From the IMG/VR virus record IMGVR_UViG_3300033143_003083, positions 13,173 to 77,172 of that record: 64,000 nucleotides of DNA; one strand, 5' to 3'. The number at the start of each line of letters is the position of its first letter. Within the stretch, counting starts at the first letter, position 1. Positions 1-9,265 of the stretch are shown piece after piece. The notes under the pieces were generated by a model. It saw only the letters and a program-made list of their open reading frames with translations. It searched no databases and had not been told where the DNA came from. Source of the DNA: a virus. Both the position numbers and the translations under genes were made by a program.

Positions 1-63
1 TTCTATAAGAAGCATGGGTTCGTGTCTGAAGGTGGTGATGTTATGCGTAGAGAACCTAAATGA
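1..63 (+). CDS. 3' end of a probable GNAT-fold acetyltransferase (partial)
   Basis: Frame 1 reads FYKKHGFVSEGGDVMRREPK*, the FYxxxGF GNAT motif; stop overlaps next ATG. Confidence 0.55.
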   Translation, partial: FYKKHGFVSEGGDVMRREPK

Positions 64-425
64 AACTCAATCTATTATTTGAGAATGTTGAATACCAAGC
101 ATTCAGTAAGTACATCACAAAGAAGTACAATGTAAGAACATTCTTCATCAATCAATCAGGGAATGACATTGAACTCAACAGCATAATCATAGCAAAAGAA
201 AATCAGAAAGAAGGTATCGGGTCTGATGTGATGAAAGAACTCATTAAGTTTGCTGATAGTAAGGGTAAGAGAATCATATTGGGTGTTGGTGTAAAGGATA
301 GCATTCATGGTACTACGTCCAGATCGCGTCTGGTTAAGTTCTATAAGCGGTTCGGATTCAAAGAGAACAAAGGGCGTAAGAAAGATTTCAGTGTATCTGC
401 CGGTATGATACGCAATCCAAAGTAA
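60..425 (+). CDS. GNAT-family acetyltransferase with MKLxxLFE leader
   Basis: QKEGIGS acetyl-CoA motif A, LVKFYKRFGF motif B. Confidence 0.8.
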   Translation: MKLNLLFENVEYQAFSKYITKKYNVRTFFINQSGNDIELNSIIIAKENQKEGIGSDVMKELIKFADSKGKRIILGVGVKDSIHGTTSRSRLVKFYKRFGFKENKGRKKDFSVSAGMIRNPK

Positions 426-680
426 TTATAATTTATTCATCAGCATAAGACTTTCACCCAGTTCAGATATCTTTATATGATTACGTTCAGAGCATAGTTG
501 TTGGGTGATAACCTGTGTTGAATCACCTAACGTCATTCCAATATCATCAGCAGTAACATAAACGATATACCCTGACTCCAAATGACTATACCATAACAAA
601 ACATTAGTTTTATAAGAATTACCAAGGTCAAACGCTTTGTTCAGATCAACAGTACTCCAAAAATCTAAGAAGTCTTTCAT
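426..680 (-). CDS. Small paralog family B (winged-helix-like), ends MNKL
   Basis: LESGYI...KISELG motif; start at ATGA overlap with upstream stop. Confidence 0.65.
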   Translation of the reverse strand: MKDFLDFWSTVDLNKAFDLGNSYKTNVLLWYSHLESGYIVYVTADDIGMTLGDSTQVITQQLCSERNHIKISELGESLMLMNKL

Positions 681-913
681 AACATCCACCACTCATGCAA
701 GTGTTCATTCTCAACAATGTAATTCCATGCGTCTTCATACGTAGTATAACTTCTGCGGCCTGATGGTGGTATCTTATGTTCCCTTATGAATTCAACTAAA
801 ATAGCTGCCCCACCATGATAATTTAGTTTACTAAAAACATTAGGGAACAGGTGCTCATTAAGTTTGGGGTATTGCCTCTCCACTTTTTCATGAAAATCTA
901 TACTCTTATTCAC
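677..913 (-). CDS. Small paralog family A (WWML)
   Basis: YPKL..HLF...WNYI..NEHLHEWWML; GTGA overlap start. Confidence 0.75.
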   Translation of the reverse strand: MNKSIDFHEKVERQYPKLNEHLFPNVFSKLNYHGGAAILVEFIREHKIPPSGRRSYTTYEDAWNYIVENEHLHEWWML

Positions 914-1146
914 AACATCCACCAGATATGTTTGTCTTCGTTGTCACAGATGTATTTCCATATAATTTCATACGTTAAATTATCTTTGGTTGGACAATTG
1001 CATTGGTGATTCACAAAATCAAGTACTAACGACAAGTTTTCAAAGGTATCATCTAATACATAAGAGTACCCTGCAAAAATGTGGTCATGCAATTCAGGGT
1101 AATAATCATACACTAATGATTTAAAATGGTCTAAATCTTTAATCAA
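910..1146 (-). CDS. Small paralog family A (WWML)
   Basis: YPELHDHIF...IWKYI..NEDKHIWWML. Confidence 0.75.
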   Translation of the reverse strand: MIKDLDHFKSLVYDYYPELHDHIFAGYSYVLDDTFENLSLVLDFVNHQCNCPTKDNLTYEIIWKYICDNEDKHIWWML

Positions 1147-1319
1147 CTTACTTACCTGTTATTTTCTCATACTGGTCAACAACATCAAAGAATAAATCAT
1201 ATGCGGCATCACCGGACGTGTCAGCAGCTTCACGTGCTTCTTTCGAACTCCCCCATTGATCTACCCATTCCATAGTTTTATCAAACCATTCAATTTTTTC
1301 TTCGTCTGTCATATATCAC

Positions 1320-1550
1320 CTATAATTCATCAAATAATTGTATACTGAGTTCAGCTTCAACCCTGTCATGAATTTCTTGTGCAGTACCTGCAATCGTCTT
1401 AAAGATCATTGTATTTTTTGCATATGAGTACACAGTACCCCCAACCCCACGAGTAAATTCAATGATGTTATAATTGCTGCCACCCACACTGTCAGTAATA
1501 ATATACTTTTTGTGCTGGTCATCTATAATTATTGGTTTGCCCAGACTCAT
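1320..1550 (-). CDS. Small protein family E, ends FDEL
   Basis: Paralog of 1550-1810 (TDS.gG..Y.I.E...AQ..HD..E). Confidence 0.65.
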   Translation of the reverse strand: MSLGKPIIIDDQHKKYIITDSVGGSNYNIIEFTRGVGGTVYSYAKNTMIFKTIAGTAQEIHDRVEAELSIQLFDEL

Positions 1551-1810
1551 TATAATTTTCTCATTAGACGTTTAGCATAAGTTTTTTCTATTTCATCATG
1601 TAGGAATTGTGCTGAATCATTACATTGTCTCATATAATTACCTTTGAGATCATATGCAACCCAATAATTATAAGGTAATATTAAAGGTGTTATCTTAAAA
1701 TTACCTTTATACTCACGTTCGACAATTTCATAATCATGACCGGCAAAACTATCTGTTACCTTATGATAGATTTTGCCCTTACGATGTTTAATTCGTCTGC
1801 CTAACATCAT
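1550..1810 (-). CDS. Small protein family E, ends MRKL
   Basis: Paralog of 1320-1550; ATGA-coupled start. Confidence 0.65.
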   Translation of the reverse strand: MMLGRRIKHRKGKIYHKVTDSFAGHDYEIVEREYKGNFKITPLILPYNYWVAYDLKGNYMRQCNDSAQFLHDEIEKTYAKRLMRKL

Positions 1811-2037
1811 AACTCCAATGTGATAAAAACTGATGTGGGGGCAAATATTACCTTGCCACAATTTGACCATGTTGCTAATTCTCTTACGACTGATACCGGA
1901 CGGTCTTCAGCAACATTCTTCCTGAAATGATTACAGTATGATAACCATATGTCCCACACACAAAATGTAGCAGACATACTGGAATCACTGACTATACCAC
2001 ACATACCCAGACCATTAACTGAGATTGAATTTCTCAT
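1807..2037 (-). CDS. Hypothetical protein, ends TLEL
   Basis: ORF in coupled minus-strand array. Confidence 0.5.
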   Translation of the reverse strand: MRNSISVNGLGMCGIVSDSSMSATFCVWDIWLSYCNHFRKNVAEDRPVSVVRELATWSNCGKVIFAPTSVFITLEL

Positions 2038-2166
2038 TATCCTTCCTCTCAATTTCGTCTAAACGGTCAGCAATACACTTCATCAGTACCGATTTGGTCA
2101 CAGGGTTCTGAGTATAGTGGTAATCGCGGAATAAGTCACCTAATGTTGCTGGATTTGCGTCCTTAC

Positions 2167-2511
2167 TCATAACTCACCCCATTCTTCATAAGCATCATAA
2201 AAAGCATATGCAAGTTCTGTAAATTTGAATTCAACAAAATAAACGGTTCTTTTAGGTTTAAGTTTTCTCCCACCGACACACTCAAATCTACCCTTAGTAG
2301 TTCTTTCATAGACATGAACATCAGACAAACACGAACCTGTACTAATATGAATAATTTCATCTGTGTGATTCATTTTAACGTTGTTTTCAAAACCATTTGC
2401 ATTAGTTTTCGTCATATAGATTCTGAACTTATTAGGTTCAATGACTGTGACACTCTTAGATGCATCACGGTCATGCATGAATTCACATAATTTACCAAGA
2501 TAATTACTCAT
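2167..2511 (-). CDS. Hypothetical protein, ends WGEL
   Basis: ORF in coupled array. Confidence 0.6.
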   Translation of the reverse strand: MSNYLGKLCEFMHDRDASKSVTVIEPNKFRIYMTKTNANGFENNVKMNHTDEIIHISTGSCLSDVHVYERTTKGRFECVGGRKLKPKRTVYFVEFKFTELAYAFYDAYEEWGEL

Positions 2512-2732
2512 AACATCCACCATTCATGTAGATCTTCATTGTCATTAATATACTGCCAGATAGTTTCGGGTGTGGTAAGATGCATCATATTGTTTTTCTT
2601 CAAAAATATTCTGAGTGCTGTGAATTCTAATACATTATTATCAAATATATGATTATAAAGTTCAGGATAATAGCGGCGCATATTAATCATTATATCACCG
2701 ACACCAATAACATGTTTACCCTTATATCTCAT
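2508..2732 (-). CDS. Small paralog family A (WWML)
   Basis: YYPELYNHIF...IWQYI..NEDLHEWWML. Confidence 0.8.
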   Translation of the reverse strand: MRYKGKHVIGVGDIMINMRRYYPELYNHIFDNNVLEFTALRIFLKKNNMMHLTTPETIWQYINDNEDLHEWWML

Positions 2733-2971
2733 AACATCCACCATGCATGTAAGTCTTCGTTATCTCTAATATATTGCCATATCTCAACATACTCGTTACC
2801 TGAATGTAGTGAGATACCTGATTTTAATCTTGTCTTCTTCATAAAGATTGTAAGTGATGTATATGGGGTACGACCTTCACCATATACATATATATAAAGT
2901 TCTGGATAATAATGTTTCATATTATTCAGTAAAGAAGTCATGGTAAGAACGGAGCCATCATCAAATGTCAT
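2729..2971 (-). CDS. Small paralog family A (WWML)
   Basis: YYPELY...IWQYIRDNEDLHAWWML. Confidence 0.8.
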   Translation of the reverse strand: MTFDDGSVLTMTSLLNNMKHYYPELYIYVYGEGRTPYTSLTIFMKKTRLKSGISLHSGNEYVEIWQYIRDNEDLHAWWML

Positions 2972-3189
2972 AACATCCACCAATCGTGTAATTCTCTGTT
3001 GCACCTGATATGATCCCATATAGCTTCAACTGAGGTAAGATGTATTATATTGTTTTTCTTCAAAAAAATTCTGAGTGCAGTATGAGGCAGATCATCATTA
3101 TCGAATATATGAGTATAAAGTTCAGGATAAAATGATTTTATACTATCCATTAACCCTCTTAGATGTATCACATGTTCGCCATTACTCAT
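2968..3189 (-). CDS. Small paralog family A (WWML)
   Basis: FYPELYTHIF...IWDHI..NRELHDWWML; closely similar to 2508-2732. Confidence 0.8.
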   Translation of the reverse strand: MSNGEHVIHLRGLMDSIKSFYPELYTHIFDNDDLPHTALRIFLKKNNIIHLTSVEAIWDHIRCNRELHDWWML

Positions 3190-3419
3190 AACATCCACCA
3201 ATCATGCTTATCTTTATTCACAACAATGAAATCCCAGATTTCTTGGTAATCCCATACCGACACCTTACCATCACCATGACTACTGATAAAGATGATAAGC
3301 GAGTCGTAAGGGTCATTACGACCACCAAATATGTATTTGTAAAGTTCTGGGTAATAATATTTCATACTATGTTTCAGTTCATCCATAATACGGACTGAAG
3401 ATGATGGTATTCTACTCAT
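3186..3419 (-). CDS. Small paralog family A (WWML)
   Basis: YYPELYKYIF...IWDFI..NKDKHDWWML. Confidence 0.8.
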   Translation of the reverse strand: MSRIPSSSVRIMDELKHSMKYYYPELYKYIFGGRNDPYDSLIIFISSHGDGKVSVWDYQEIWDFIVVNKDKHDWWML

Positions 3420-3649
3420 AACATCCACCAATCATGCATATCTTCCTTTGCAACAATGTACGCCCATATTTCATTATAAGACAACCTATTAATATCATAT
3501 GATATCTTATTCATAAAGATATCAAGTGCTTCATATGAGGCAGCATACCCAAAGAACACATGAGCATGAAGGTCAGGATAATAACGTGCCATATTATGCT
3601 TCAGGGCATTCACTGAGAAAATAGGCGCAGGATGCTTCGTATCATTCAT
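3416..3649 (-). CDS. Small paralog family A (WWML)
   Basis: YYPDLHAHVF...IWAYI..KEDMHDWWML. Confidence 0.8.
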   Translation of the reverse strand: MNDTKHPAPIFSVNALKHNMARYYPDLHAHVFFGYAASYEALDIFMNKISYDINRLSYNEIWAYIVAKEDMHDWWML

Positions 3650-4021
3650 TTAATCGACTGCTTCCAGTACTTCTATGTTCCAGAAGCGACACCCATGTAA
3701 GTCCCTGTCAAGCATCACAGCACCCTCACCATAATCTTTTATGTATGACACTATATGTGCAGTACGATGGTTGTCACGACCTTCAGGACAGCTATGGTTT
3801 AATTTAGACGGTGGTTGATTTAACTTAACCTTTGTTCCCACTGGGGTACGTTTAGCTCTTTCTGCCAGTTCCGCAATTTCAATTGCATAATTCAAAGCCC
3901 ATCGTAACTTTTTAGCTTCCTTAATGGAAACTCTAGTCTGAGAATTACCCCTGCTGAGAAGAATAGGTTTGTCAGGTCTGCTTTCTCGTGGTTTATGCTT
4001 TGCTGTGAATTCTTCTGGCAT
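3650..4021 (-). CDS. Hypothetical protein
   Basis: ORF with AGGAG RBS, downstream of tRNA-Cys. Confidence 0.65.
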   Translation of the reverse strand: MPEEFTAKHKPRESRPDKPILLSRGNSQTRVSIKEAKKLRWALNYAIEIAELAERAKRTPVGTKVKLNQPPSKLNHSCPEGRDNHRTAHIVSYIKDYGEGAVMLDRDLHGCRFWNIEVLEAVD

Positions 4022-4037
4022 CAGATTACTCCTAAGT

Positions 4038-4112
4038 TGGAAGGTGTGGGGGGATTCGAACCCCCATGCAACGGATTTGCAATCCGCGACCTAGCCGTTC
4101 GGTCACACACCT
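4038..4112 (-). tRNA. tRNA-Cys(GCA)
   Basis: Acceptor AGGTGTG/CACACCT, U73, encoded CCA, anticodon loop TT-GCA-AA, T-loop TTCGAAT. Confidence 0.93.
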
Positions 4113-4314
4113 ATAATTTTATAATAATTAGTAACATAATAAAAAATGACATTCCGAATATTAATGATCCAATCATTGCTAATGTTGTCATACTATTATC
4201 ATTTTTGATTAGTTTGTATACTACCGCAAGTCCAATTCCATAGACAGTACCACTGAATAATCCAGCTAATACCATTGATTGAAATATTATTAATAAAATC
4301 ATACTATTCTCCAA
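4111..4314 (-). CDS. Small membrane protein
   Basis: Two hydrophobic segments. Confidence 0.6.
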   Translation of the reverse strand: MENSMILLIIFQSMVLAGLFSGTVYGIGLAVVYKLIKNDNSMTTLAMIGSLIFGMSFFIMLLIIIKL

Positions 4315-4317
4315 TAA

Positions 4318-4668
4318 TTATAATAATTTAGCAATACTGTCAGAGAACACTTTCATTGCTTTCAATACAACATCACGTTCTTCTTCGTCTGGCATTGCTG
4401 CTGTTGGGTCTTCCATGAATTCACGCACACCCTGTGCAATTGTAGTCAGTGGTGAATCGAATAATGATTTTGTCTCAGCAGCACTTATTGCTTCATTGAA
4501 GCATTTAACGCGGGTAGCTGCCACACTTAATTTATGATGCACTTCAGGTAAATTATCAGTCCAATTACCCGTTACGTGTGATGCTGCATCTTGTACTTTA
4601 ATAACAAGAGCATCACGTTCAGCAGCAGCCTCATTACGCATTTTTGTAAGCAAAGTTAAAGTTGTCAT
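4318..4668 (-). CDS. Hypothetical early protein
   Basis: First ORF after sigma70 promoter 4695-4723; GGGAG RBS. Confidence 0.7.
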   Translation of the reverse strand: MTTLTLLTKMRNEAAAERDALVIKVQDAASHVTGNWTDNLPEVHHKLSVAATRVKCFNEAISAAETKSLFDSPLTTIAQGVREFMEDPTAAMPDEEERDVVLKAMKVFSDSIAKLL

Positions 4669-4694
4669 ATTTGTTCTCCCAGTTGATGAAGGGA

Positions 4695-4723
4695 ATTATA
4701 GATTGAAAACTTCCCTGTGTCAA
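4695..4723 (-). promoter_or_regulatory. Sigma70-consensus early promoter
   Basis: TTGACA-CAGGGAAGTTTTCAATC(17)-TATAAT. Confidence 0.9.
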
Positions 4724-4746
4724 ATCTTATTTCAATTGATATTAAC

Positions 4747-4752
4747 TAAATA
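4747..4752 (+). promoter_or_regulatory. T4-like late promoter core TAAATA
   Basis: CTAAATAC 5 nt before ATG 4758; same motif before other late-type genes. Confidence 0.6.
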
Positions 4753-4757
4753 CCACT

Positions 4758-5468
4758 ATGAATTTACTACAATTATTCGAAAATGTCCAAAATGTCAATC
4801 TGGATCAGCTATACCGGAAATTTAACCAGAAATACTTCAATGGTCAGTTACCAGTGGTCAAAACAAAATGGTCTAATAAGCGTAGGTCAATGGGGGCAGT
4901 AGTTGCCAACAGAGTCAAAGCAACTGGGGTAATATCAATCAAACATCTGGAAATTTCCAAGCATCTTGATATTGACGAAGAAAAATTGAGTGCATTAATG
5001 TTACATGAAATGATTCATGTGTATGTGTTATTCGTATTACAACTGAGTGAACGTAGTGGGGGTCACGGTACAGAGTTCCATAAGAAACGGGGAGAACTTA
5101 ATCGTAAGACTCCATTTGTGATTCCTGCATCTGAAGATTATAATGAGTTTGAGGTATCACCCCATATAAAAATTAAACCTACTGTGATCATTCTCAGAAC
5201 AGGTAGTGGTGGTACATGGGTACATGCCATATCAGAAAAAGGATTCCAGAAAGATTTCGAAAAGATTATTGGACGATTTGTTCAAGAACATGAATATGAA
5301 GTTTTTGTGTCTGCTGCAAGTAATATTACTAAGATACCTGTTGCACGTGTGCTCACAAAAAAAGGTATGCCGTATTATAGAATGAATGATAAAGAAATAC
5401 AGTTAATCAGGGACGGTATGACCAAGATGATTGTTAAAATAGACAAGAACGGAAATATATCATCATGA
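4758..5468 (+). CDS. SprT-like zinc metalloprotease with MNLLQLFE leader
   Basis: LYRKFNQKYFNGQLP, HEMIH and GHGTEF motifs. Confidence 0.85.
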   Translation: MNLLQLFENVQNVNLDQLYRKFNQKYFNGQLPVVKTKWSNKRRSMGAVVANRVKATGVISIKHLEISKHLDIDEEKLSALMLHEMIHVYVLFVLQLSERSGGHGTEFHKKRGELNRKTPFVIPASEDYNEFEVSPHIKIKPTVIILRTGSGGTWVHAISEKGFQKDFEKIIGRFVQEHEYEVFVSAASNITKIPVARVLTKKGMPYYRMNDKEIQLIRDGMTKMIVKIDKNGNISS

Positions 5469-5860
5469 AACTTAGTCATATAAAACAACCGGATCTGTTC
5501 GGTATTCAGACAAAACCTATGTCAATAGTAGGGGTATATGACCGGATGATCCTGAGAGTCATCGAACCAACGAATAAGAGCGCATTTAAGCAAGATTGCA
5601 CATGTCATAAGCTGAGTATCAACTATATCGTTAAACACGCCAAACCTTCTGACAGACTCGTTATGGTGGGGGTAGGTAATACTGTTACTCATAGCTTCGT
5701 GGTAAATATAAGTGGGAAGATAATTGCTGATACTAATATAAGTAATGATCCGACTTATGATGGAAAGACTTATACAGTGGGTAAGGATAAGTTTAAGCAC
5801 ATGTGGAATAAAACAGCACGTGATATCGCCAGAGATATTAAAGAGATATTAGTTAAATGA
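5465..5860 (+). CDS. Possible papain/transglutaminase-like fold protein
   Basis: CHKLS...HSFVV...IAD resembles a Cys-His-Asp triad. Confidence 0.4.
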   Translation: MKLSHIKQPDLFGIQTKPMSIVGVYDRMILRVIEPTNKSAFKQDCTCHKLSINYIVKHAKPSDRLVMVGVGNTVTHSFVVNISGKIIADTNISNDPTYDGKTYTVGKDKFKHMWNKTARDIARDIKEILVK

Positions 5861-6276
5861 AGTTAGAACAATTATTAGAAAGTGCAAGTAAAAATATGAT
5901 TAAGGCTGCGGCAAACGTCACTGAAAAATTATTAAAGATTGGTGGTGAGCGTGTTGTCAGGCCAGAAGAAGATGAAGACATCGTATTAATGTCCCAGAAA
6001 GGAAAGTTGTGGAAGCATAAGGCAACTAAATTGGATGGTGTACCATATAACGACTGCCACCGTGTTACCGCAAATGTATGTCAGGTAAATAAAAGATTTA
6101 GCGCAATAACGGGTTTTGCATTATCAAAGGATGGGTTATGGAGGCCACATTCTTTTATGTTTGATACTGTTGATAAATCAATACTAGAACCTACTCCAAT
6201 CATACGTGTTAAATATTGGGGGGTCTTAATGAGTGGTAAAGATGCTGAACGATTTATAAAGAGTAACGCCAGATGA
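5857..6276 (+). CDS. Possible papain/transglutaminase-like fold protein, MKLEQLLE leader
   Basis: NDCH...TGFALS.DGLWRPHSF...EPTP...YWG. Confidence 0.5.
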   Translation: MKLEQLLESASKNMIKAAANVTEKLLKIGGERVVRPEEDEDIVLMSQKGKLWKHKATKLDGVPYNDCHRVTANVCQVNKRFSAITGFALSKDGLWRPHSFMFDTVDKSILEPTPIIRVKYWGVLMSGKDAERFIKSNAR

Positions 6277-6593
6277 AGTTAGAACAATTATTTGAATCCC
6301 GCCAGAAACAATACGGCAGACCATTACCGGAAACTGGATATCAATATAAGAAGGTAGAAATTTTCAGAGCACTTGATGCTAATGAAGATTACTTCCTGCC
6401 AGAAGATTATGTGACCCGTCTGAAGAAGTTTGCAGTGGGTCATGCTGATCATAACGTTGTTGTACTGGAAACCCCTCAGAAAGTTATCAGGGCAATTGTG
6501 AATGCGTCTGATGTATATGAAGCAACGAATGCAGGTGAATACTTTTATGATGGTAAGAAAGTAAAGGGACGAGTAATTTATGAAACTGATTAA
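6273..6593 (+). CDS. Possible ADP-ribosyltransferase-fold protein, MKLEQLFE leader
   Basis: IFRA...DYVT....A..HA...VIRA.V...GEYFY fits the R-S/T-E ART pattern. Confidence 0.5.
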   Translation: MKLEQLFESRQKQYGRPLPETGYQYKKVEIFRALDANEDYFLPEDYVTRLKKFAVGHADHNVVVLETPQKVIRAIVNASDVYEATNAGEYFYDGKKVKGRVIYETD

Positions 6594-7191
6594 CCTATTC
6601 GAAAGTGCAAGTAAAAATCGTGACATGATTGTAATTGATGTACAACCATTCTATCACAACCATCACAAACATATCGTCCCAAGATTAATCGAACATGTGA
6701 ATCAGATGACAGGTGATGTCTTATGGTTTCATAATGGTTGTAATGTGGGGATTGAAGATACGGTACATGAACAAAAAATGTACCTGCTTGAAAATGGAAT
6801 GGACGAAGATAGATTAGACGAAATAACATTTGTAGAAAAAGATTATGCATTTTTCAGAGGTTGGATGGATAATGGTATTGATGAAGATATTATTATTGCT
6901 GCTGGTAAATACATGTACAAGAATCGTATTAATGACAGTCGTGATTTGGAAGTAGAAGATTTTGTGAAATTCTTACCCAGACCCGAACGTGATACATTCA
7001 CAGACGAAGATGAATTATATAAAAATGAAGATGCATTACATTGGCCTGACATTGATATTAATAAATTGAAAAGATACAACAACGCTTACTTAGTAGGTGG
7101 TGGCAGGGATGAATGTCTTGAAGAAATGAGATTACTTCTGGAAATGGTTGGGATGAAGTACAAATTATTAAATGAGTTTATATACGGATGA
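6580..7191 (+). CDS. Cysteine hydrolase (isochorismatase/nicotinamidase-like), MKLINLFE leader
   Basis: IVIDVQ, conserved Lys (VEKDY), LVGGGRDECL. Confidence 0.7.
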   Translation: MKLINLFESASKNRDMIVIDVQPFYHNHHKHIVPRLIEHVNQMTGDVLWFHNGCNVGIEDTVHEQKMYLLENGMDEDRLDEITFVEKDYAFFRGWMDNGIDEDIIIAAGKYMYKNRINDSRDLEVEDFVKFLPRPERDTFTDEDELYKNEDALHWPDIDINKLKRYNNAYLVGGGRDECLEEMRLLLEMVGMKYKLLNEFIYG

Positions 7192-8792
7192 AGTTAATAC
7201 AATTATTAGAGCAACTTGAATGGTTATTTGAAAATCGTAAGATTGAACTGATTGCCAAGAAGCAAGGCCAGAAGATTATGAAAGCGCATGGACGTGATCG
7301 TACTCATGATCAGCGACTTATTGATTCTATCTTTGGTATGACTCCCATTGTACATCGTGGTGGGGCGAAAGGTGGTGATGAATTAGTACAAGACAGTGCC
7401 AAGAAAATTATTGAATTCTTCCAAACTAAAATTCATAAGAAGTATGTCCAATGGATTGCCAACCGTTACATGAACCGAGAATTCCAATTGGAAGATTGGA
7501 AAACTATTAAGGACAACCTGAAAGATTTCGACCGTATTAAAAATAAATTATCTGTTAAAGATATCAATCAATACGACTCTATGGTTGCCTTGGATAACGC
7601 CATTGATTCCCTGAAAGATAAAGATGTCAGATCCAACAAACAAAAAGATAAAGAAGAACGTGCTCAATTATTCAAAGATAAAGAAGCTATCCTTTTCTAT
7701 AAAGATTCTGATATTAAGATTGAGATACCCAAGACTGAAGAAGCTGCATGTGTTCTGGGTAAGGGTACTCGCTGGTGTACATCAGCACGTAATCATAATC
7801 AGTTCGCCAATTATAACAGAGAGGGTGATCTATATATCATCACCACCAAAGACGGCAAGAAGTTCCAATTCCATTTACATACTAAGCAGTTCATGGATGA
7901 AGCAGACCACGAAATTAAGATGACTGAAGTACTTGAAGAATATCCTTCAATCCTTAAAGCAATACCAAAACTTGTTGACAGTTTGTCTATGTTCGACAGG
8001 GCAAATATAAATGATATGAGTCAGAATGAAGTTGAAGGTATGATTAAGGAATGGATTGATGACGGATTACACCAGATTGATATGCATGATGATACCACTG
8101 TAGTCATTGAATCATACCAAGACTTAGATAAATTCTTTCGCCAATATGATTTCATGGAATTGTCCAGTATGCTTTATTACATAGATGACCCAAGTACGTT
8201 AGAAGAAGAAATGGATACTGACAAAGCTAGAATGGACATTTCGAAATATCTTAATCAATCTATTATTGATTTGATACATGACCGATTATTAGATCAACCT
8301 CAACATGAATTATTTGATATTAACACCAATGACAAGGTATTCAATGCATTAAACAATTATACAACACTATCAAGACAGATCCTGAATGAAATTGTTGAAA
8401 ATATGACTGAGGAATCAGCAGAAGCAATGGAAAAATATCTTAAGGATGGTATGGAAGGTGAAGGATTCGATCATGGTGTCATGGGATTCTTATTTGATAC
8501 TGAACGTTCCCACTCAAGCGGATATTTACTTGTAACTGACGAGGCCAGAAATTTTTACGACAGTACTTATTCGATGTCAATGGAGTTATACGAACTTGCA
8601 ACTAACTTAACTGAAACTGGATGGGATGATATATCAGATGATGAATTTGAACATGAAATGAGAAGATTCTTCGGTGAAGAATTTGACCATAACCCAGATT
8701 TAAAATCCCCAAGTGATTTCTATCATACTCAGAACATGGATAATCTTGAAAATAGAATAGAAAGGGTTATGAAAGAGTGGAAAGGGTTATGA
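7188..8792 (+). CDS. Large phage protein with GTRWCT domain and acidic C-terminus; MKLIQLLE leader
   Basis: 534 aa ORF; KTEEAACVLGKGTRWCTS...LYII...KFQFH...FMDE. Confidence 0.7.
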   Translation: MKLIQLLEQLEWLFENRKIELIAKKQGQKIMKAHGRDRTHDQRLIDSIFGMTPIVHRGGAKGGDELVQDSAKKIIEFFQTKIHKKYVQWIANRYMNREFQLEDWKTIKDNLKDFDRIKNKLSVKDINQYDSMVALDNAIDSLKDKDVRSNKQKDKEERAQLFKDKEAILFYKDSDIKIEIPKTEEAACVLGKGTRWCTSARNHNQFANYNREGDLYIITTKDGKKFQFHLHTKQFMDEADHEIKMTEVLEEYPSILKAIPKLVDSLSMFDRANINDMSQNEVEGMIKEWIDDGLHQIDMHDDTTVVIESYQDLDKFFRQYDFMELSSMLYYIDDPSTLEEEMDTDKARMDISKYLNQSIIDLIHDRLLDQPQHELFDINTNDKVFNALNNYTTLSRQILNEIVENMTEESAEAMEKYLKDGMEGEGFDHGVMGFLFDTERSHSSGYLLVTDEARNFYDSTYSMSMELYELATNLTETGWDDISDDEFEHEMRRFFGEEFDHNPDLKSPSDFYHTQNMDNLENRIERVMKEWKGL

Positions 8793-9265
8793 AATTATCC
8801 CAATTCTTACAAGAAGCTATAAGAAATCGTACCCTAATCAAAGGACAGCCCCTCTCAGGCGATTACTCCCATTACATACGTAGTATTACCGAGTTAAAAG
8901 ACCTTCTTAAAGAGCATTACGGCAATTCTAAGATGACTTTAGACAATATTATCAAACTTTATGCTGAACATGACATGAAACTCACTGATAATTTGCTTGA
9001 ATTTGAGTTTACCGTTAAGGAACTTGATAAGTACAAGGAATGGAAGCGTACCAGAAACGATTCTAACCTTTCCACTGACGAATGGGATGAAATGAAAGCG
9101 GATATTAAGAAAAACGGTATACGGGATTACGGTGTGCTTGGTATGTATCAGAAAAGGAACGGTGATGTCCTTACTTATATCGGTGAAGGTAATCACAGGT
9201 TGGCAATCGCAAAAGAACTTGGCATTAAGAAGATGAAAATGCGTCTTTTTTACGGGAAAGCCTAA
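8789..9265 (+). CDS. ParB/Srx N-terminal domain protein, MKLSQFLQE leader
   Basis: DIKKNGI...IGEGNHRLAIAKELG. Confidence 0.7.
   Translation: MKLSQFLQEAIRNRTLIKGQPLSGDYSHYIRSITELKDLLKEHYGNSKMTLDNIIKLYAEHDMKLTDNLLEFEFTVKELDKYKEWKRTRNDSNLSTDEWDEMKADIKKNGIRDYGVLGMYQKRNGDVLTYIGEGNHRLAIAKELGIKKMKMRLFYGKA

Noticed and set aside
426-3431. Shared N-terminal MVDVM motif in the ORF track
   Set aside because: Alternate-frame reading of the upstream gene's WWML end; true starts are at the ATGA overlap
677-3431. 14-bp repeats every ~220-240 bp as a CRISPR array or integron attC sites
   Set aside because: Repeats are coding and non-palindromic, spacers are paralogous genes, and no cas or integrase gene is present
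3995-4243. Plus-strand ORFs antisense to tRNA-Cys and core genes (also 24480, 33891, 41523, 42365)
   Set aside because: Shadow ORFs opposite well-supported genes, with no RBS or motifs
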